Positions 60,027-64,000 of a stretch of 64,000 nucleotides of DNA are shown in pieces. The stretch's first letter is position 1. Each line of letters opens with the position of its first letter. The position numbers were made by a program, and so were the translations under genes. The notes beneath the pieces are model-generated. The model did no database searches. It saw only the letters and a list, made by a program, of their open reading frames with translations, and was not told where the DNA came from. The DNA is from Eledone cirrhosa (lineage: Eukaryota), in contig OZ024746.1 in assembly GCA_964016885.1 (NCBI GenBank), forward strand, positions 7,626,001 to 7,690,000, written 5' to 3'.

Positions 60027-60248
60027 ATATATATATAAACAACTATCTGGTTGTGGAACCAATGGAACCAACCAACCAACCAGAAATTTATAAATTTGTA
60101 AATTTATAAATATTTAATAAATTAAATTGAAGTGAAAGCAACTGGTGCGTGTGTTTCTTATTGGCAACATGACCCTCCCAAAGTATAACAACATCGGTTT
60201 CAACACACGATTTCAGATAAAGAATCTTGCTAAACAAATTCAGAAACG

Positions 60249-60283
<35 letters not shown>

Positions 60284-60287
60284 CATA

Positions 60288-60350
<63 letters not shown>

Positions 60351-60409
60351 TATAAAGAGAGAGATAGAGTTAAATAGATTGATTGATAGATAGTTAGATA
60401 TAACAATAA

Positions 60410-60672
60410 TAATGATAATGTCAGGGAAGTGAATAGTGTATGAGTCATGATATACATGTGTGTATGTGTATGGAGGGGGGGACATCAGGTGTAGTGTTGG
60501 CGAATCTCGGGAAACATGGAGGTTTCAAAGGATGCAGTGTCTCGACAGCTAACAACTGATGCCGGGAGTTTGTTCCATGCTTCAGCAACTCTGAGCGTGA
60601 AAAAATGTTTCCGAAAGTCATGGGAGTTGTGATGTTTTCTGACCTTGTGGGCATGCCCACATGTGTTAGACA
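60410..60672 (-). mobile_element. CR1/L2-like LINE 3' fragment, same family, opposite strand
   Basis: GHAHKVRKHH...FFTLRVAEAWNKLPASVVSC. Confidence 0.85.
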
Positions 60673-62957
60673 CACATACACACAGATGGTACTGAAAGGC
60701 AAACTGACTTTGTGCTAATCAGAATGTGACACAAGCATTTATAATTGATAAAAAGCAAAATAAAGAGAGACTAATGTATCAATTTAACTGAGGAGAGTTG
60801 TAAATAGGAATTTAGTGGTGTTGATTATATTGGACTACTAACTCAGGGATTGTAAGTCCTGATTTACTGCATTTCCTAGGATTTCTGGCCAGTGTTGTAG
60901 TCACAACTCATGGTGTGAGTAGGTTATGCCTGGAAGGAAGGTTGGCTGGTAAGAGGAGCAGAGGCCAGAAGCCAAAACGATGGCTTGATAATGTCAACTT
61001 ATGAACTGGACTTGACCTTTGCTCTTTAAACTCTGCTGTTGGTGATTGAACTTTGTGGAGAAAAATATATCATGTTGATGCGCAGTCTGCAACTGGCAGA
61101 GTTTAGTGTTGAAGTAAGTTGTAGTTACACCTTGTCATGTATTTCTAGAATAGGGTCACTATATTCCTGTGTATTGTAAAAGGAATCTAATAGGATTAGT
61201 GTCGGGCTGTAAAACATTGTCTCAAAATATCCCATCAAACCGTTTGCCCCTGTATAAGAGGTAGATGCCTCATTTGGGGCGCCACAGTCAGTGGCTCTTT
61301 TGCTCCTTCCCATATCCTGGAAGCTGCAGTAAAAGTGAGTGTCACTGCATCCATAGCTAAATGGAATAAAATTCTAAATACCAGTGATTATCGGCAAATT
61401 TTTTTTCATCCTGTGATATTCAAGCCATTTACAGTTACTGGGTTAGTGACAATGGAGTTCTTGTCCTCATTAGCAGCTCACCTTACTGATGTACCACGTG
61501 ATTCCTGTGAGAGTACTTAGTTATTTCAGCTCCTTAGCCTTGCTATAGTAATGCTGTGGGTGTGTTAATTTGCCTATAAAATTATTAGATGGAAACTCCA
61601 GTCCTCCTTGTTGGGGTATGTGAGTGTATCTGTGGGTCTTCTCCCCTTCTACCCCTTTTTTTAATACTGTATATGTACTTCAATTATAAATTACTTCAAG
61701 AGAAATGGTAATGCTGTTTTACATGGCAGCTGGATCAGATACTGAAGGTCATTGAGAGAGTTCAGGAAAATATAATCTGGCCTGAAATTAGCATAAAAAA
61801 TATAGTTTTATGTCTTGCCATGCCAGGCATTATCATTTTTATTTCAGTTATTTGAAAAACATCTTCATAAATCAATAAACTTGTCCTAAATTTTTAGAAG
61901 ATGTTTGATTAGATGCTTAGAGATAAGTTCTGTTGAGTCATAGGGGAGACTAAGTAGAGTCATGTGAGAGGTACAAACTCCATAAACAACAATATATGTT
62001 GTCTGGTGTGTTTCTGTGAAACAAAACATTTTGTCTTGAAGTTTGATGTGAGAATTATGGACATCAAAGGTCAGGGCTAAGTCTATGATTATGACCTTTC
62101 AGACACTATAAATTGGTCCTACAGATGTTCTGTGTGGGATGATGGTTTCAGAATCAAAAGACTTTTATGGCAGTATATACAAGATCAAAATCTTATGCAG
62201 TAGGTATGCAGTAAAATGCCAACATTGGGCTGTACAATATTCAGCTGTTTAGTGTAGCATGAAACTTATCATTTGTTCATAGAAAATGGGTGTTTAGCAA
62301 AAGTCCTCCTTGGGTCATCCACAAATGGATAGAAACCATTTAATTGAAGATGTTTGGAAAGCGATTTCTCCAAATAATTGGTATTGATTCATTCGATGTT
62401 GATAAAAAAAGTACCCATCAAGTACTGGGGTTAATACTTCCTCTATATCTCTTTTTCACTTCCATTTTCTCACTCTCTATCCTTCTTTGGAAGAAATCTG
62501 CTGTATTCAGACCTGGAGAGGAATGGGTTCCACCAGGCTTTAAAATGCCCTAGAAACACTGTATGTCAATACAGCACCCCAAAGCTCCCTCAGGAGTTAT
62601 GGGACCATGTTTGCAATAACCAAGAAATAAATAAACTACCTTTGAAATATTTATTGATAGCCATGGAATACAACAAACCGATAACTCATCAGAAACATAG
62701 AACATTTTAAAATAACTGTTTCTACTTTTGACACAAGCCAACAATTTGAAGGGAAGGAGGACTAAAGCAACCCCAGTCTGTTACTGGTACTTTATTTTAT
62801 TGACCCCATAAGTATGAAAAGCAAAGCTAAAATCAGTGGAATTTGAACTCAGAACATAAAGGGATGTTACTATATGTTACAAAGCATATTATCTGATGCT
62901 CTACTGATACTGCCAATCTACCAAACATTTAAAATAACGACAACCATATTTCATTAA

Positions 62958-63388
62958 TCTCCTTATAATATATAACCAGCAATTTCTCTGTCTGTCTGTC
63001 TGTCCAACAGTGGAAACACGTGCGCGCGTGCGAATGTTTTTTGCGCACGCGTAGAGAGAGAGAGTGAGAGTGAAAGAAAGAGACAGACTACGAGAGGGGG
63101 ATAGCAGGAGGGGGAGAGAGAGAGTGAATAGACGCTAAAACACGTGCGCGCGTGCGAATGTTTTTTGCACACGCGTAGAGAGAGTGAGAGTGAAAGAAAG
63201 AGACAGACTACAAGAGGGGGATAGCGGGAGGGAGAGGGGGGGGGGGAATTGAGGAGTGCTACAGAAACATATATACATTTCTGTGTGTGTGTAATATATA
63301 TATATATACACACACAGAACTATATATACATTTCTGTGTGTGTAATATATACTAGCAGAAAACCACCCGGGAGGCGGTTTTCTGCTAG
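62958..63388 (+). mobile_element. Non-autonomous Helitron (family B) with an internal ~120-bp duplication
   Basis: a|TCTCCTTATAATA...CTAG; (CTGT)n near the 5' end; terminal hairpin. Confidence 0.7.
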
Positions 63389-63763
63389 TCTATATATCTA
63401 AAACAGAGAATGTCTGTCTGTCTGTCTGACTCCCTAAAACTCGAGAACCACCCAACCGATTTTTTTCAAACTTTACACATGTAATACTTATGGTCGTGTG
63501 AGTGTTTTGAGCAAATAATATTTCGAATTTTCTATGCCGTAAGGACTGCATTAGGCGATTTAGTGATCTCTCTGTATAATTCTTAGCCTTTCTTTTTAGA
63601 TAGATACATAGATATAACGTTGCGCCCTTATAATATCTGTCTGTATGTCTGGTTGATTGCATTACGACATTATGACACTATCTGTGTGTGTGTGTGTATA
63701 TATATGTATATATATAGTGTGTGTGTATATATATATATATATATCGTTAAACGATGATGATGA

Positions 63764-63817
<54 letters not shown>

Positions 63818-64000
63818 TGTAACGTTTTTCGAAATATTTACTTCTGCTTTCACAGATTGATTTTTTTAGTTTCAGAAGATCTGTTAAGAGTGAAAGCAGC
63901 GATTCTTTGCTTAAACTTTAATCTGTTATTTTAATATATATATATATATATATATAATTATATATTCGTGTACAGATATTTTTGCATACACAATAACAAA
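63389..64000 (+). mobile_element. Non-autonomous Helitron (family A), runs off the window end
   Basis: Colinear with 24948-25490. Confidence 0.85.

Larger units (their letters stand above)
59030..60194. repeat. Long inverted repeat, 564-bp arms (59030-59593 / 59631-60194), 37-bp spacer; Penelope-like pseudo-LTR
   Basis: Mirror ORFs 59153..59557(+) and 59667..60071(-) translate identically; arm ends checked by eye; flanked by (TA)n. Confidence 0.95.

Overview
This is AT-rich, repeat-dense animal genomic DNA. The SINE/RTE/Penelope/Helitron mix resembles octopus (cephalopod) genomes; that is an inference from remembered repeat families. The one host gene I can reconstruct is inositol-pentakisphosphate 2-kinase (IPPK/IPK1) on the minus strand. 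It has seven short GT-AG coding exons, 50678-50610, 38146-38081, 33094-32996, 30629-30563, 21854-21709, 19622-19533 and 3326-3268 (596 nt, phase-consistent). Later exons must lie left of 3268 and I found none in 1-3267. The introns and upstream region hold RTE, CR1-like, CRE-like and Penelope-like retroelement remnants, tRNA-derived SINEs, Helitrons, piggyBac- and mariner-type elements, and many mini/microsatellites. Most ORF-track ORFs are repeat artefacts. Most notable: (1) a full-length U6 snRNA copy with a mutated ACAGAGA box, fused to a LINE/SINE-type 3' tail in IPPK intron 4; (2) a 564-bp-arm palindrome with mirror-image minimal hammerhead ribozymes, in a cluster of hammerhead-bearing Penelope-like inserts; (3) a canonical-looking hammerhead at 55055-55110; (4) a 3-kb minisatellite with higher-order structure; (5) stacked Helitrons. 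All calls were made by eye.
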